Shown: piece after piece, positions 41,254 to 52,400 of the stretch
Numbering within the stretch: position 1 is the first letter of the stretch
Layout: every line of letters starts with the position of its first letter
NCBI GenBank assembly: GCA_020852255.1
Contig: JADZBD010000002.1
Location: forward strand, 283,531 to 347,530
Length of the DNA stretch: 64,000 nucleotides
Source: Bacteroidia bacterium
GTDB taxonomy: Bacteria > Bacteroidota > Bacteroidia > JADZBD01
Direction: 5' to 3'
The notes under the pieces: model-generated
The model's input: only the letters and a program-made list of their open reading frames with translations
What the model was told of the DNA's origin: nothing
The model's database searches: none
Position numbers and translations under genes: made by a program

Positions 41254-43380
41254 TTACCGGTTTGATGACTGGTTCAGAAGTTTAAATGAGACCGTTCCGC
41301 CGGGTGAACGAAAAACAGCAAAAAATAATCCGTCTGAAAATTCTCTCAGATCTATCTGTGCAGGGCTATGAAGGAATAAAACGATTTGTCCTGATCCGTT
41401 GTACACTGTTACCTCATAATCTCCTTCTGCTGTTTCCACATTGAAAATGCCGGGTCCCGGATTGGGGAAAGTTTTCACCTGCACCGCGGGAACAGTAAGC
41501 GCAGAAGTGACTATGGAAACTGTATCTGCGAATTTGCTTATCAGTTTGATATATGCAGCCTGTGTGTAAATTCCCACTTCTGTAACCTCCCAGGAATTCT
41601 CTGGCCAGGAAGTATTCCAGTCCTTATATGACTTCTGCACCGGCTGGTTCATGGGAGGTGAAATGGGCGGACCGGTATAAGAGCCGTCCGGCTGGTAGGT
41701 GGGATTAATGCCGCAGGTCAGAAAACCGGGAGGCGGTCCGATGTATGGTACGGCCGAACCGTCGTACACGGTTGCATCTCCGAACCAGCCGTGATAGATC
41801 TCACGGATCGGACGATCGGCGCCGTACACATCGCTTTTAACCAGAAAGGAATAATTAACGGCATTCACTCCATGAAAAAAGTGGATATAATCCTCTGCAG
41901 CATACCGGTAGGCAGGATGATTTGCCGAATTGATGTTGTATTCGATCATGTTCCAGAAAATGGATCCGGTTTCCGCCTTGAATTCATTGTTATTCCATAC
42001 ATAATCCGCATTCTTCATATATGCCCGGTACAGATCCGTTTGTGCAGTAACAGAAGGGAGCAGATCTCCATTATTGGCTGAAACGGAAGTGCTGCAGTTA
42101 TTCCTGATAGCATTCACTACGGAAACCGTAGCCCCCGGAACGGTGGTGTAATACAGGAGTGCATCCTGGTACGCAGATTCAAACGGATACCAGTAGGTCC
42201 ACTGGATAGGCTGAATGGATGAATAGTTGGCATCCACGTAACTCCGGTACGTAACATTGCCGGTTGCCGCGTAGAGATAAACCGCTGCCGTGAAGGATGT
42301 GGCAGACTGTGCATACTGGGAAATCTCCGGATTGGCACTACCAAAACCTGTATTGGCATAGGAGGAGAAGCCGGGATTATTCTGCAGCCATGTCCATGCC
42401 AGTTGGGCGCGGCTCAGCAGTGTGGCCCCATAGGTTTGCGTTGCCGGAATACTGCCGTACACGATCGCCGCGTGTGCGAAAATACTTGCCAGCGTACGGG
42501 TAGCGGAAGATGCCACACCGCCGTAGAATCGCTGCGGATTATCCGCTGAGGGCGGGCTGGCGCTGGGAAAACCCTGGGCAGATACCTTCATAAGTCCGCC
42601 CCCGTTGCTCTCCTGCATTTTCATCAGCCAGTCCAGCTCCCAACGGATCTCATCGAGAATGTCGGGTATTCCGTTTCCGCTTTCCGGTATTCCGTAGTTA
42701 TCCGGAAAAATTCCCGGATTCTGTTCATAGGCATCAAGGAGATAGTGAACCGTGGCATGACAAAAATTGGTGTACTTGTTATAATCACCTGCATCGTGCC
42801 ATCCACCCGAGAGATCCCGTTCCAGTCCGGTGTTGTTGGGCTGTGTAACATCCCTGCAGTTCAGATCCTGCATGGATCCCACATGGCAGGCTGTGTTGTC
42901 CGTATGCTGGGAGGAAGCATACGGCACCGATTTTGGCAGGCCGCAGCGCTGATAGTAGAGCGCTCTGATGGCATGTTTTAAAGCATTGTTATATACATCA
43001 TCATTTATGGTAAATGTAAATGATCGTTTGTTACTGGAAGGATCATTGACATAATAATCGCCCTGCACATTTACAGAGGTAAATTCAAACCACCAGCCTT
43101 TGTCGCCCGACTGGGTATGCGTATTTCCGTTGTTCCAGGGAACCGGGCTTCCGGAAAACACGACCAGGTTGTCACTGGCACGCCTGACTTCCAGGACAGG
43201 ACCAGGAGTGAAAGGAGAGGGAGCATTGTACCCTGTTTGCGGTTCTATGATCACTGCTACTTTTCGGGCATTCTGGCGGTATCCGATCTGGTCAATTCGG
43301 AAATGGTCGTCAATAACGGATTGGGATAAAAAGCAAGCTGGTGAGCAGACCAGAAGGGATAGAATCAATACCGATTTCAT
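41254..43380 (-). CDS. Glycoside hydrolase family 9 endoglucanase with N-terminal Ig-like (CelD_N) domain and T9SS C-terminal sorting domain
   Basis: Signal peptide. GGWHDAGDYNKY (GH9 signature). C-terminus VKTFPNPGPGIFNVE...VTVYNGSGQIVL. Confidence 0.75.
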   Translation of the reverse strand: MKSVLILSLLVCSPACFLSQSVIDDHFRIDQIGYRQNARKVAVIIEPQTGYNAPSPFTPGPVLEVRRASDNLVVFSGSPVPWNNGNTHTQSGDKGWWFEFTSVNVQGDYYVNDPSSNKRSFTFTINDDVYNNALKHAIRALYYQRCGLPKSVPYASSQHTDNTACHVGSMQDLNCRDVTQPNNTGLERDLSGGWHDAGDYNKYTNFCHATVHYLLDAYEQNPGIFPDNYGIPESGNGIPDILDEIRWELDWLMKMQESNGGGLMKVSAQGFPSASPPSADNPQRFYGGVASSATRTLASIFAHAAIVYGSIPATQTYGATLLSRAQLAWTWLQNNPGFSSYANTGFGSANPEISQYAQSATSFTAAVYLYAATGNVTYRSYVDANYSSIQPIQWTYWYPFESAYQDALLYYTTVPGATVSVVNAIRNNCSTSVSANNGDLLPSVTAQTDLYRAYMKNADYVWNNNEFKAETGSIFWNMIEYNINSANHPAYRYAAEDYIHFFHGVNAVNYSFLVKSDVYGADRPIREIYHGWFGDATVYDGSAVPYIGPPPGFLTCGINPTYQPDGSYTGPPISPPMNQPVQKSYKDWNTSWPENSWEVTEVGIYTQAAYIKLISKFADTVSIVTSALTVPAVQVKTFPNPGPGIFNVETAEGDYEVTVYNGSGQIVLFLHSPAQIDLREFSDGLFFAVFRSPGGTVSFKLLNQSSNR

Positions 43381-43406
43381 GAAATGAAAGTACGGAATTT
43401 CCGGAA

Positions 43407-44120
43407 TCAGGCCGGAATGTGTACTTTTCGTATAGCCAGGTTTTTTTCATCCCTGTCTACCAGCCCATCTTTCAGGCGTACAATCCGGTGAGCATGCTGA
43501 GCTATATCCTCTTCATGGGTAACCACAATAATGGTATTTCCCAGGGCATGAATTTCTTCAAACAAAGCCATGATTTCAATCGATGTTCTTGAGTCAAGAT
43601 TTCCTGTCGGCTCATCAGCCAGAATAATGGAAGGCTTATTGACCAGTGCACGGGCAATGGCCACCCGCTGCCGCTGACCACCTGAAAGTTCATTCGGTTT
43701 ATGGTGCATTCTGTCTGAAAGTCCCACCTGTGTAAGCACTTCCCTTCCCCGTTCCTCTCTCTCCTTTTTAGGCAATCCGGCATAAACCAGCGGCAGGGTC
43801 ACATTCTCCAGCGCATTCATCCGGGGTAGCAGATTAAAGGTTTGGAATACGAAACCGATCTCTTTGTTCCTGACTTCCGCGAGTTCATTATCCAGCATGC
43901 GGGCTACATTCTTCCCGTTGAGGATATAATCCCCACCTGTTGGAGTGTCCAGGCATCCCAGCATATTCATCAGAGTAGACTTACCGGAACCGGAGGGCCC
44001 CATGAGGGCAACATATTCATTTTTGCTAATAGTAACAGAAACATCCCGAAGGGCGTGAATGGTCTCCGTACCCACGGTGTATATCTTGGAAATATGTGAT
44101 ATTTCAATGATGGAATTCAC
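43407..44120 (-). CDS. ABC transporter ATP-binding protein (LolD/MacB-type)
   Basis: Walker [10 protein letters not shown], signature [15 protein letters not shown], Walker [12 protein letters not shown]. Confidence 0.8.
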   Translation of the reverse strand: MNSIIEISHISKIYTVGTETIHALRDVSVTISKNEYVALMGPSGSGKSTLMNMLGCLDTPTGGDYILNGKNVARMLDNELAEVRNKEIGFVFQTFNLLPRMNALENVTLPLVYAGLPKKEREERGREVLTQVGLSDRMHHKPNELSGGQRQRVAIARALVNKPSIILADEPTGNLDSRTSIEIMALFEEIHALGNTIIVVTHEEDIAQHAHRIVRLKDGLVDRDEKNLAIRKVHIPA

Positions 44121-44220
44121 GGAGTAAAGGTAGTGAGCAGGTCAGTCGTTCAGACAGGATTGGGATGAATGGCTGGATTAGGGGATGCTGGGGTATAAGG
44201 ATATAGGGATATAAAGATAC

Positions 44221-44904
44221 TCAGTACTTCAGGATAAAATCCTCCTTCGACAATCCCGGCTCGAAGAACACCAATCCCATATAGAAAAGATCCACCGTAA
44301 CTTTGACCTCAGGATCCCTCTGAATCTCCTCCCAGGCCTCACACATTTCCTGTGACCAGTGGATATCGTCAACTATGAAAACAGTTCTGGGTGCACGTTG
44401 CGCTTTACATAAATGAAAATAGCGGAGGGTGGGATCTTTCCGGTGGTTCCCGTCGAAAAAAACCATTTCTGGTTGATGCGTCCGCAACACCTCGGGCAAG
44501 GTCTCTGAAAAATCCCCTACCCTCACCTCCACATTATTTAATCCGAGCTCGTTCAGGTTTTGCCGCGCGATCCCGGCGGTCTCAGGACAGCCTTCCAGGG
44601 AGATCACTTTAGCCCCGGAGGAAGCCAGGTATGCAGTGGAGATACCCAGGCTGGTACCGAGTTCCAGAATCACCCTTGGTTTAAAATATTCAGCAAGGCG
44701 AAACAGGAGTTCACCGTATTTTCCGGCTCTGCGAACTCTTCTTGCAATTGTTGCAATTCTACGCGCTCCTGAAGTACCGGTCCCAAAATCAGTGACCTGA
44801 ATCTTCCGCTGGTCTTTCATCATGTTGCAGCGGATCTGCTCGATAGCCGAGTAGCAGTTGTAGCGCTGATTATTATTCAACACCTTTTCTACCAGATTAA
44901 ACAC
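44221..44904 (-). CDS. Class I SAM-dependent methyltransferase
   Basis: VILELGTSLGISTAYLA (motif I), acidic motif II, 227 aa. Confidence 0.55.
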   Translation of the reverse strand: MFNLVEKVLNNNQRYNCYSAIEQIRCNMMKDQRKIQVTDFGTGTSGARRIATIARRVRRAGKYGELLFRLAEYFKPRVILELGTSLGISTAYLASSGAKVISLEGCPETAGIARQNLNELGLNNVEVRVGDFSETLPEVLRTHQPEMVFFDGNHRKDPTLRYFHLCKAQRAPRTVFIVDDIHWSQEMCEAWEEIQRDPEVKVTVDLFYMGLVFFEPGLSKEDFILKY

Positions 44905-45028
44905 AAAAGGCGAATGAACCCCGTGACGGGAACGCGCCTGAATCCTATATTTAAAAAAGGATGCTAAAATAGATTTTCAGTTTTGATAAAGATATTGCGC
45001 TTTCTTCATATTATACTATTTTTAGGGC

Positions 45029-46048
45029 ATGAGATTTTTCCTCTACTTATGCCTGCTAATCCCCTTTACAATGAAATCGCAGAAAATATCCCCCCCTGCC
45101 CTGGTGATCCACGGTGGCGCGGGAACCATCTTAAAAGAGAACATGACTCCGGAGCTGGAGAAACTTTATAAAGCGGGATTGGAGAAAGCGCTTAAGGCAG
45201 GATATGATACATTGATGAAAGGAGGAACGGCCATGGATGCCGTAGAGATGAGCATTCGGGTTTTGGAAGACGACTCCATGTTTAATGCCGGAAAAGGTTC
45301 TGTATTTACACATAGCGGCACTTGTGAAATGGATGCCTCTGTAATGGACGGAAAAACCGGGAAAGCAGGCAGTATCGCCGGAGTGAAGGTGATCAAAAAT
45401 CCGATTACCACCGCAAGAGGTGTGATGGAAAAAAGCCAACATGTAATGTTGATAGGCACGGGCGCAGAGGAGTTTGCGAAAATGCTTGGCCACCAGATTG
45501 TAGATCCCAGTTACTTTCATACCCAAAAGCGCATGGACCAGCTTAAAAAGATAAGGGAAAGCGAAAAGATACAATTGGATCATTCAGATACAACCGGCAA
45601 TGTGAATCCCTCAGAGATAGAGTTCAATGATAAAAAATTCGGTACGGTGGGCTGTGTAGCTCTGGATCAGTACGGAAATATTGCGGCCGGAACCAGTACC
45701 GGGGGAATGACAAACAAAAAATGGGGGCGTGTGGGAGATGCGCCGATCATTGGCGCAGGCACCTATGCTAATAATAAGACCTGCGCTGTTTCCTGCACCG
45801 GCCATGGAGAATATTTTATCCGTCAGATCGTAGCGTATGATGTTTCGGCACTGATGGAATACAAAGGGTATTCACTTCAAAAGGCCGCTGAAGAAGTGGT
45901 GAATCAGAAATTGAAGGAAACAGGAGGAGAAGGTGGTTTGATCGGTATTGATACAAAAGGAAATATGGTGATGGTATTCAATACATCAGGTATGTACAGG
46001 GGCTGGATGAAGGGTGGAAAATCGGAGGTGAAGATTTATAAAGAGTAG
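45029..46048 (+). CDS. Isoaspartyl peptidase/L-asparaginase (Ntn-hydrolase, asparaginase_2 family)
   Basis: Signal peptide. VIHGGAGT, autoproteolytic site GTVGCVALD, C-terminal GHGEYFIR. Confidence 0.8.
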   Translation: MRFFLYLCLLIPFTMKSQKISPPALVIHGGAGTILKENMTPELEKLYKAGLEKALKAGYDTLMKGGTAMDAVEMSIRVLEDDSMFNAGKGSVFTHSGTCEMDASVMDGKTGKAGSIAGVKVIKNPITTARGVMEKSQHVMLIGTGAEEFAKMLGHQIVDPSYFHTQKRMDQLKKIRESEKIQLDHSDTTGNVNPSEIEFNDKKFGTVGCVALDQYGNIAAGTSTGGMTNKKWGRVGDAPIIGAGTYANNKTCAVSCTGHGEYFIRQIVAYDVSALMEYKGYSLQKAAEEVVNQKLKETGGEGGLIGIDTKGNMVMVFNTSGMYRGWMKGGKSEVKIYKE

Positions 46049-46063
46049 GCAGTGGGCAGGCTG

Positions 46064-46315
46064 TCAGGCTTCGGTTAATTCGAATTCGTAAGATTCCATA
46101 ATTGCATTTGCCAAAAGTTTTTTGCAGGCCTCTTCAACTTTTTTTCTCGCTTCCTCTTTGTTTGGGGCATCTAATTCCAGAGAAATATGTTTTCCGATCC
46201 GCACATTGACGATCTCATTTAAACCAATATTCTTCATGCTGGAGGTAACGGCTTTCCCCTGAGGATCCAATAACGCCTTGTGTGGCATAATGTCAATTTG
46301 AGCTATAAATTTCAT
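46064..46315 (-). CDS. purS: Phosphoribosylformylglycinamidine synthase subunit PurS
   Basis: 83 aa; KALLDPQGKAV...VRIGKHISLELDA...LLANAIMESYEFEL is canonical PurS. Confidence 0.8.
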   Translation of the reverse strand: MKFIAQIDIMPHKALLDPQGKAVTSSMKNIGLNEIVNVRIGKHISLELDAPNKEEARKKVEEACKKLLANAIMESYEFELTEA

Positions 46316-46349
46316 AACGCAAAATTAAAAGATAGACCGAATTAAAATT

Positions 46350-47195
46350 TTAACTTTCAATAAAGTTATTCACGACCGATAGAAGAATATATACCAGAAT
46401 GGCGAAAGGAACGCCGGTATATCCGAAGAAAATAACCAAGGCGGCCACGGCAGCGATCAGAATATACCGAATCTCATTATCCTGCCATTTATAGTTTTTA
46501 AATTTCAGGGCGAGCAGCTTCAGTGGCGCCACCAGCAGCACGCTCTGAATCACGCAGATGACCATCAGCACAGGAGTGGTGATTACGAGTTCGCGCCATA
46601 TACCTCCACCGGTATCCACATGGAACAGATCTCCGAAAATGGAGGTAAGGATTCCTTTGAGCACCGAACCGGAGATTGGGTCAGCTGCTTCCACACCATA
46701 GATTAGCGGGAAGGAGGCGATAAACAATGCATTGGCAGGGGTGGGCAATCCGATAAAGGCATCGCTTTGGCGTTCATCAATATTGAATTTCGCCAGTCTC
46801 AGGGCAGAAAACACCGGAATCAAAAACGCAACAAAAGGCGCCAGCATAGCCGCATTGAATTCCGGCTCCTCTTTCACAGAGATCCCCAGGAGATTTGAGC
46901 CAAAGCTGATCGCACTGTCTACCAGATCAGGTAACTGGGTAAAAGAAATCAACTGAAACATGATTACTCCGGGCAGTACACCGAAAGTTACCATATCCGC
47001 TAGGCTGTCCAGCTGCTTACCAATGGCCGATGGTGCATTCAGTAAGCGGGCGGTGAAGCCGTCGAGAAAGTCAAATACACAAGCCAACCCGATCAGCCAG
47101 GATGAGACAACAAGATTTCCCTGAAATGCAAACACAATACCAATGCATCCGCACAGGAGGTTCAGGGAGGTTAATGTATTTGGTATAAATGACAT
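46350..47195 (-). CDS. CDP-alcohol phosphatidyltransferase family protein (possibly phosphatidylserine synthase)
   Basis: DFLDGFTARLLNAPSAIGKQLDSLADMV matches the D-G-x2-A-R-x8-G-x3-D-x3-D motif. Polytopic. Confidence 0.65.
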   Translation of the reverse strand: MSFIPNTLTSLNLLCGCIGIVFAFQGNLVVSSWLIGLACVFDFLDGFTARLLNAPSAIGKQLDSLADMVTFGVLPGVIMFQLISFTQLPDLVDSAISFGSNLLGISVKEEPEFNAAMLAPFVAFLIPVFSALRLAKFNIDERQSDAFIGLPTPANALFIASFPLIYGVEAADPISGSVLKGILTSIFGDLFHVDTGGGIWRELVITTPVLMVICVIQSVLLVAPLKLLALKFKNYKWQDNEIRYILIAAVAALVIFFGYTGVPFAILVYILLSVVNNFIES

Positions 47196-47199
47196 CCGT

Positions 47200-48297
47200 T
47201 TAGGCTGAAAGTTTTTCCTTCCATCTCAGAAAAGGTCTTTCAAAGGTATGAAAACTAATCGCCGCCAGACCGATGGTTAAGGTCAGGATCAACAGAGGGC
47301 GCCATAAAAACATTACCACCGGTTCTTCTGATTCTCCGAACCAAAAGGCAGCCTTCCACACCAGGGTAATTACCACGCCGTGGTACATATAAAGTCCGTA
47401 GGAGATCTTTCCCAGATAGCGCACCACCCCAAATCTACCGGCACTAAAAAGACGATCAGGAGAGAAACACTGTTCAAAGATGATGAGCGCGAACAAAATG
47501 GAGAGGAAGAACCGCTCAAAGAGAATACCCAGCGCGCTGTCGTATAAACGGTGATAAAAAAATAAATTCAGCACCAGCAAGGTATAGACCAGAAACCAGG
47601 TAGAACGCTTCAGCGAGGCAAGATTCTCAAACAATTCGTTACGCCGGACCGCGGCCAATGCCAGGATCCCTCCCACCCCAAAGTTTCCCAGTAAGCTCAC
47701 CGTATGAAACATCAGCATTTCGGAACGATCGGAAAAATACCAACGGAAAAAAAGAGAAACGAAGATCAGCAGGAGGCAAATTTTCAGCAGGTGATTTCGC
47801 ATCCAGGTAAGTACCGCTCCCCAAAAAATATAGAACTGTTCCTCCACACAAACTGACCATAAAAAAACCAGGAAAAACAGGAAGTGCGTTCCATCGCTGA
47901 TAATTCCGAAATTCAGTGTAAAGCTTAAAAAATACCCTATAGATGGCAGCGGCTCCGAATCAATACCCCAGCGGGCAAGTATCCACTGTCCGGCAAAACC
48001 CATACCGATCAGGAGGAAATACAAGGGCCAGATCCGAAGTGCCCTCCGGACAAAATACTTCTTAAAGTCTACCCGGCTCCTTCTCTCCGCTTCATTCAAA
48101 AGAGTATAGGTGATCAGGAAAGAAGAAAGGACAAAGAAAAAATCCAGTCCGACAAAACCCAGGTAATTAAGATCGCGGAGCATATCCCCGAACTGAGCCG
48201 TAGACTCTTCGGTGGCACCCGAAAAAGCATGAGCAAAAAAAATGAAGCAGAATCCGATAAAACGGAGACCATCCAGATTGGGCAGATAGGCATTCAC
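47200..48297 (-). CDS. Acyltransferase family 3 (OafA/NolL-like) integral membrane protein
   Basis: LDGLRFIGFCFIFFAHAF N-terminal signature, about 10 TM helices. Confidence 0.65.
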   Translation of the reverse strand: MNAYLPNLDGLRFIGFCFIFFAHAFSGATEESTAQFGDMLRDLNYLGFVGLDFFFVLSSFLITYTLLNEAERRSRVDFKKYFVRRALRIWPLYFLLIGMGFAGQWILARWGIDSEPLPSIGYFLSFTLNFGIISDGTHFLFFLVFLWSVCVEEQFYIFWGAVLTWMRNHLLKICLLLIFVSLFFRWYFSDRSEMLMFHTVSLLGNFGVGGILALAAVRRNELFENLASLKRSTWFLVYTLLVLNLFFYHRLYDSALGILFERFFLSILFALIIFEQCFSPDRLFSAGRFGVVRYLGKISYGLYMYHGVVITLVWKAAFWFGESEEPVVMFLWRPLLILTLTIGLAAISFHTFERPFLRWKEKLSA

Positions 48298-48404
48298 TCC
48301 TCAAATATCGTTATATCCCTCTTAGAGACAATAAATTAGGATTTTTTCCGTTTACAAAGCACATTGTCAAATCGCACGTTTTCACTAACTTAGGCATCCC
48401 GAAC

Positions 48405-49481
48405 ATGAGAAGAGTCTTCGCTTTAACGCTAACCCTGACCCTGCTTTTGAGCGTGTTGCAGGCACAGGTCAGAAAATACAGTAACGAATTCCTGTCTATT
48501 GGGGTTGGTGCGCGGGGGTTGGGAATGTCCAACGCAGTGGTGGCGATCAGCAATGACGTAACCGGAGGTTACTGGAATCCGGCCGCACTTCACGGCGTGG
48601 GATCCGATCTGCAGATTTCACTAATGCACGCCAACTACTTCGCCAATCTGGCAAAATATGATTACATCGGAATCGCCAGGCGTTTCGATTCATCCAGTGT
48701 GGGAAGTTTTTCTTTTATCCGGTTCGGTGTAGATGACATTCCCAACACTACCGAACTGATAGATAATCAGGGAAACGTTAATTACAATAATATCACCACA
48801 TTTTCAGCAGCCGATTATGCCTTTATTTTCTCTTACGCGAGAAATTTCGGAATACCGGGCTTACAAACCGGCGGAAGTTTCAAAATTATCCGCCGCAAGG
48901 TAGGGGACTTTGGAGGAGCCTGGGGATTCGGGCTGGATGCAGGAGCGCGGCTGGACAAGGGTCGCTTTGTTTATGGTCTTATGCTGCGCGATGTTACCAG
49001 TACATTTAACGCCTGGAGTTTTAACCTGAGCGAAAGCATGAAAGAAACCTTTCTGCTGACAGGAAATGAAATACCCGAAAGCTCTGTCGAAATTACCCTT
49101 CCGAGAATGATTACCGGGCTGGCTTACCGGATTGATCTTACGGCAAAAACATCGATGGTTGCAGAAGCCGACCTCGACTGGACATTTGACGGTAAGCGAA
49201 ACGTGCTGATCCGGACCTCTGTGATGAGCATTGACCCTCACCTCGGTGCCGAATTTGCCTACAAAGACCTCGTTTTCCTCCGGGGCGGAATCGGCAACAT
49301 TCAGCAGGAAACCGATTTTGACAATAAAAAACACCTTACTATCCAGCCGAATATTGGTCTTGGTTTGCGCCTCCGGAAGATTCGCCTTGATTATGCCATG
49401 ACCGATATAGGCGACGCATCCGTGGCGCTTTATTCTCACATTTTCTCGCTTCGTTTCGACATTACCAAAAAAAACCAGTGA
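48405..49481 (+). CDS. FadL-superfamily outer-membrane beta-barrel, PorV/PorQ-like (possible T9SS shuttle protein)
   Basis: Signal peptide. FLSIGVGARGLGMSNAVVAISNDVTGGYWNPAAL matches the FadL/PorV-type N-terminal signature. Stop is 1 bp before the PorU-like gene. Confidence 0.4.
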   Translation: MRRVFALTLTLTLLLSVLQAQVRKYSNEFLSIGVGARGLGMSNAVVAISNDVTGGYWNPAALHGVGSDLQISLMHANYFANLAKYDYIGIARRFDSSSVGSFSFIRFGVDDIPNTTELIDNQGNVNYNNITTFSAADYAFIFSYARNFGIPGLQTGGSFKIIRRKVGDFGGAWGFGLDAGARLDKGRFVYGLMLRDVTSTFNAWSFNLSESMKETFLLTGNEIPESSVEITLPRMITGLAYRIDLTAKTSMVAEADLDWTFDGKRNVLIRTSVMSIDPHLGAEFAYKDLVFLRGGIGNIQQETDFDNKKHLTIQPNIGLGLRLRKIRLDYAMTDIGDASVALYSHIFSLRFDITKKNQ

Positions 49482-49482
49482 T

Positions 49483-52400
49483 TTGAAGAGACTTTACCTT
49501 GCTGTTCTTTTCTTCCTTTCACTTTACGTTGCCAGGTCTCAGCCTTACGGTAACGAATGGATTAATTACTCCCAGAATTATTACCGCATACCGATTGCTG
49601 CAGAAGGCATCTACCGGCTGGACTCCGCAGCACTTGCCGCTTCTGGCATTCCCCTCAACGGACTAGATCCCCGTCGGTTTCAGATCTTTTGCCGCGGACG
49701 GGAACAAGCGATCTTTGTGAGTGGAGAAGCTGATGGTATTCTGAACACTGGTGACTTCATTGAGTTTTATGCGCAGAAGAATAACGGACACCTTGATTCG
49801 GCGGTATATGATACAGCGGCAGTTCCCAACCCGTATCATTCGCTTTATTCCGACACCTCCGTTTATTTTCTGACCTGGAACAGCTCTCTGGCCAACCTGC
49901 GACTTGCACCCGTAACAGACAATACATTCACTCTGTATACTCCGGATCCTTATTTTTTCAGGGAACTCTTGTTCATGACGTCCGCTTATTACCATGCGGG
50001 GCCCGTTACTTTTTATGGCTCGTATAACGGATTTTTTCATTGCACCGAAGGGTGGATGAGTGCGCCGTTTTATAAGGGGCAAACATTGCCCGTTACCTTC
50101 AACACCTCTTTGCGATATGCAGGAGGTCCGGATGGTACACTCACCACTGTTATTGCCGGGGAATCGGACGATTTTACAAACTTTTCATTGCCAGATCATG
50201 AATTGCGTCTGGAATACAACACGAATTCAGGAACCACCCTCCTGGCCGATTCCCTTTTTAACGGCTATAAGCTGATCACGCTGACATTTACTATCCCCTT
50301 ATCAACACTCACGAATAGCACAACATTTTCTCATATCAGCGTTAATAATCCATCGTTCACCTGGAACAATACAACCGCACTGAGTTATTCCCGTTTACGC
50401 TTCCCCCAGATCATGGACCTGGAAAATCAGCCAAAATACACATTGCACATACCCGATAACGGTTCCCAGAGTAAGGCCTATCTGAGAATTTCCAATTTTA
50501 ACGATCAGGGCGGGAACGTATTTCTTTATGATCTCACAAATCGTTTGCGTATTCAGGTAGTTGCCGATTCCGGTTTCCACAAAGTCCTTGTACCCAACGC
50601 AGGCAACATGAAGGAATGCTACCTGCATGCAGAAAATTCTGTGATTTCTCTCAGCGGTGTAACCCCGGTGGGAACGAACGCACAATTCACCTATTATGGC
50701 GCTACAGGATACGATTCTGCTTTTATCATTATTACGCACAGCAGATTGTGGAATGAATCCGCACAGTACGCCGCTTACCGCTCCGGTGTTCCGGGAGGAT
50801 CCAATCACGTACTACTTGCTGAAATCGGACAGCTTTACGATCAATTTGCGTGGGGAATAAAATATCATCCGGCGGCCATCCGGCGTTTCGCTGACCTGTG
50901 TTGGGACAGTGCATCGGTAAAACCGGAACATCTTTTTCTCATTGGAAAATCCATTGTTTTCCCTGATGCGCGCGATTACTATCCGTATTTGCAGGATGTA
51001 CTTGTTCCCACCTTTGGTTACCCGCCTTCCGATGTATTGTTAACTGCTAATCAGAACGGGGCAAATATTGAACCCCGCATTCCCACAGGAAGACTTTCCG
51101 CGCTCACCGGAGCAGAAGTACTGGACTATCTTGCCAAGGTGCAATCGCATGAAGTCAACCCATCTGCGGAATGGATGAAGCATGCCCTTCATTTCGGAGG
51201 CGGCACCACACAGCTTGATCAGCAAACCTTTGCCGGATTTTTAACCGGGTATGAAAACACTTTTGAGGACACACTGTTCGGGGGTTTTGTTCATACCTTT
51301 CTCAAGACCACTTCGCAACCCATCCAGATTACGCTGTCTGACTCGGTAAGGAACCTCATCAACAATGGTGTTTCACTGATGACTTTTTTCGGGCACGCCT
51401 CCGGAAACTCCTTTGATCAAAATCTCGACGACCCGGCCAATTATAACAACAGCGGCCGCTACCCCTTTATCCTCGCAAACTCCTGCTTCTCGGGAGATTT
51501 TCACGCACCTCCCAACTCCTTTGTCAGCAACGCCTCGGAGCTCTGGGTGGTCAATCCCAAAGGAGCCATCGGGTTCCTGGCCTCCGTGGGTCAGGGTATT
51601 ACCTATTACATTGACCAGTTTGCACAACAAATGTACCGGCAGTTCGGGCAAATCAATTATGGCAGCAGCATTGGAGAATGCATGCAGGCAGCAATTGACT
51701 CGGCGCAGGGAACCGTTTCCGATCTTTTTATGAACATAACACTCATGGAGTACAATCTTCAGGGTGATCCATCTGTACGCCTTAATCCGCAGGATAAACC
51801 CGACTATGCCATTGCCGATTCCAGTGTATACTTTACCCCCGGGCCAGTGATCACGGCGGAAGTTGACTCCTTTGAAATGAATATAGTGATTACCAACCTG
51901 GGGCGGGCTCCCCGCGATACGGTGATTGTTGAGCTGAAGCGAATATTCCCCGACAACTCGGAGAGCATATATACCCTTCCCGTACCCTTTGTGTTGTTCC
52001 GTGACACTCTGCAGGTACGAATGCCCGTTGATCTGATCAAAGGACCCGGCATTAACCGGTTTGAAGTATGGGTAGATTCCCCGCAGCAAATTGACGAAGG
52101 AAACGAAGGGAATAATCAGCTGCTGACACCGGCCCAATTGTTCATTGTATCAGGAGATATTGTGCCTGTTTATCCGTACGAATTCGCAATTATTCCTAAT
52201 GACACGGTTACACTTAAAGCCTCCACCGGAGATCCGTTTGAGGCACCTCATAATTACCGGTTTGAGATTGACACAAATGATCTTTACAGTAATCCGCTCA
52301 GCGCCCTTGTGGTTTCCGCCCCCGGCGGAGTGATCAGTTGGACACCCCCACTCACGCTCACGGACACCACTGTATATTTCTGGAGGGTACGGCGGGATAC

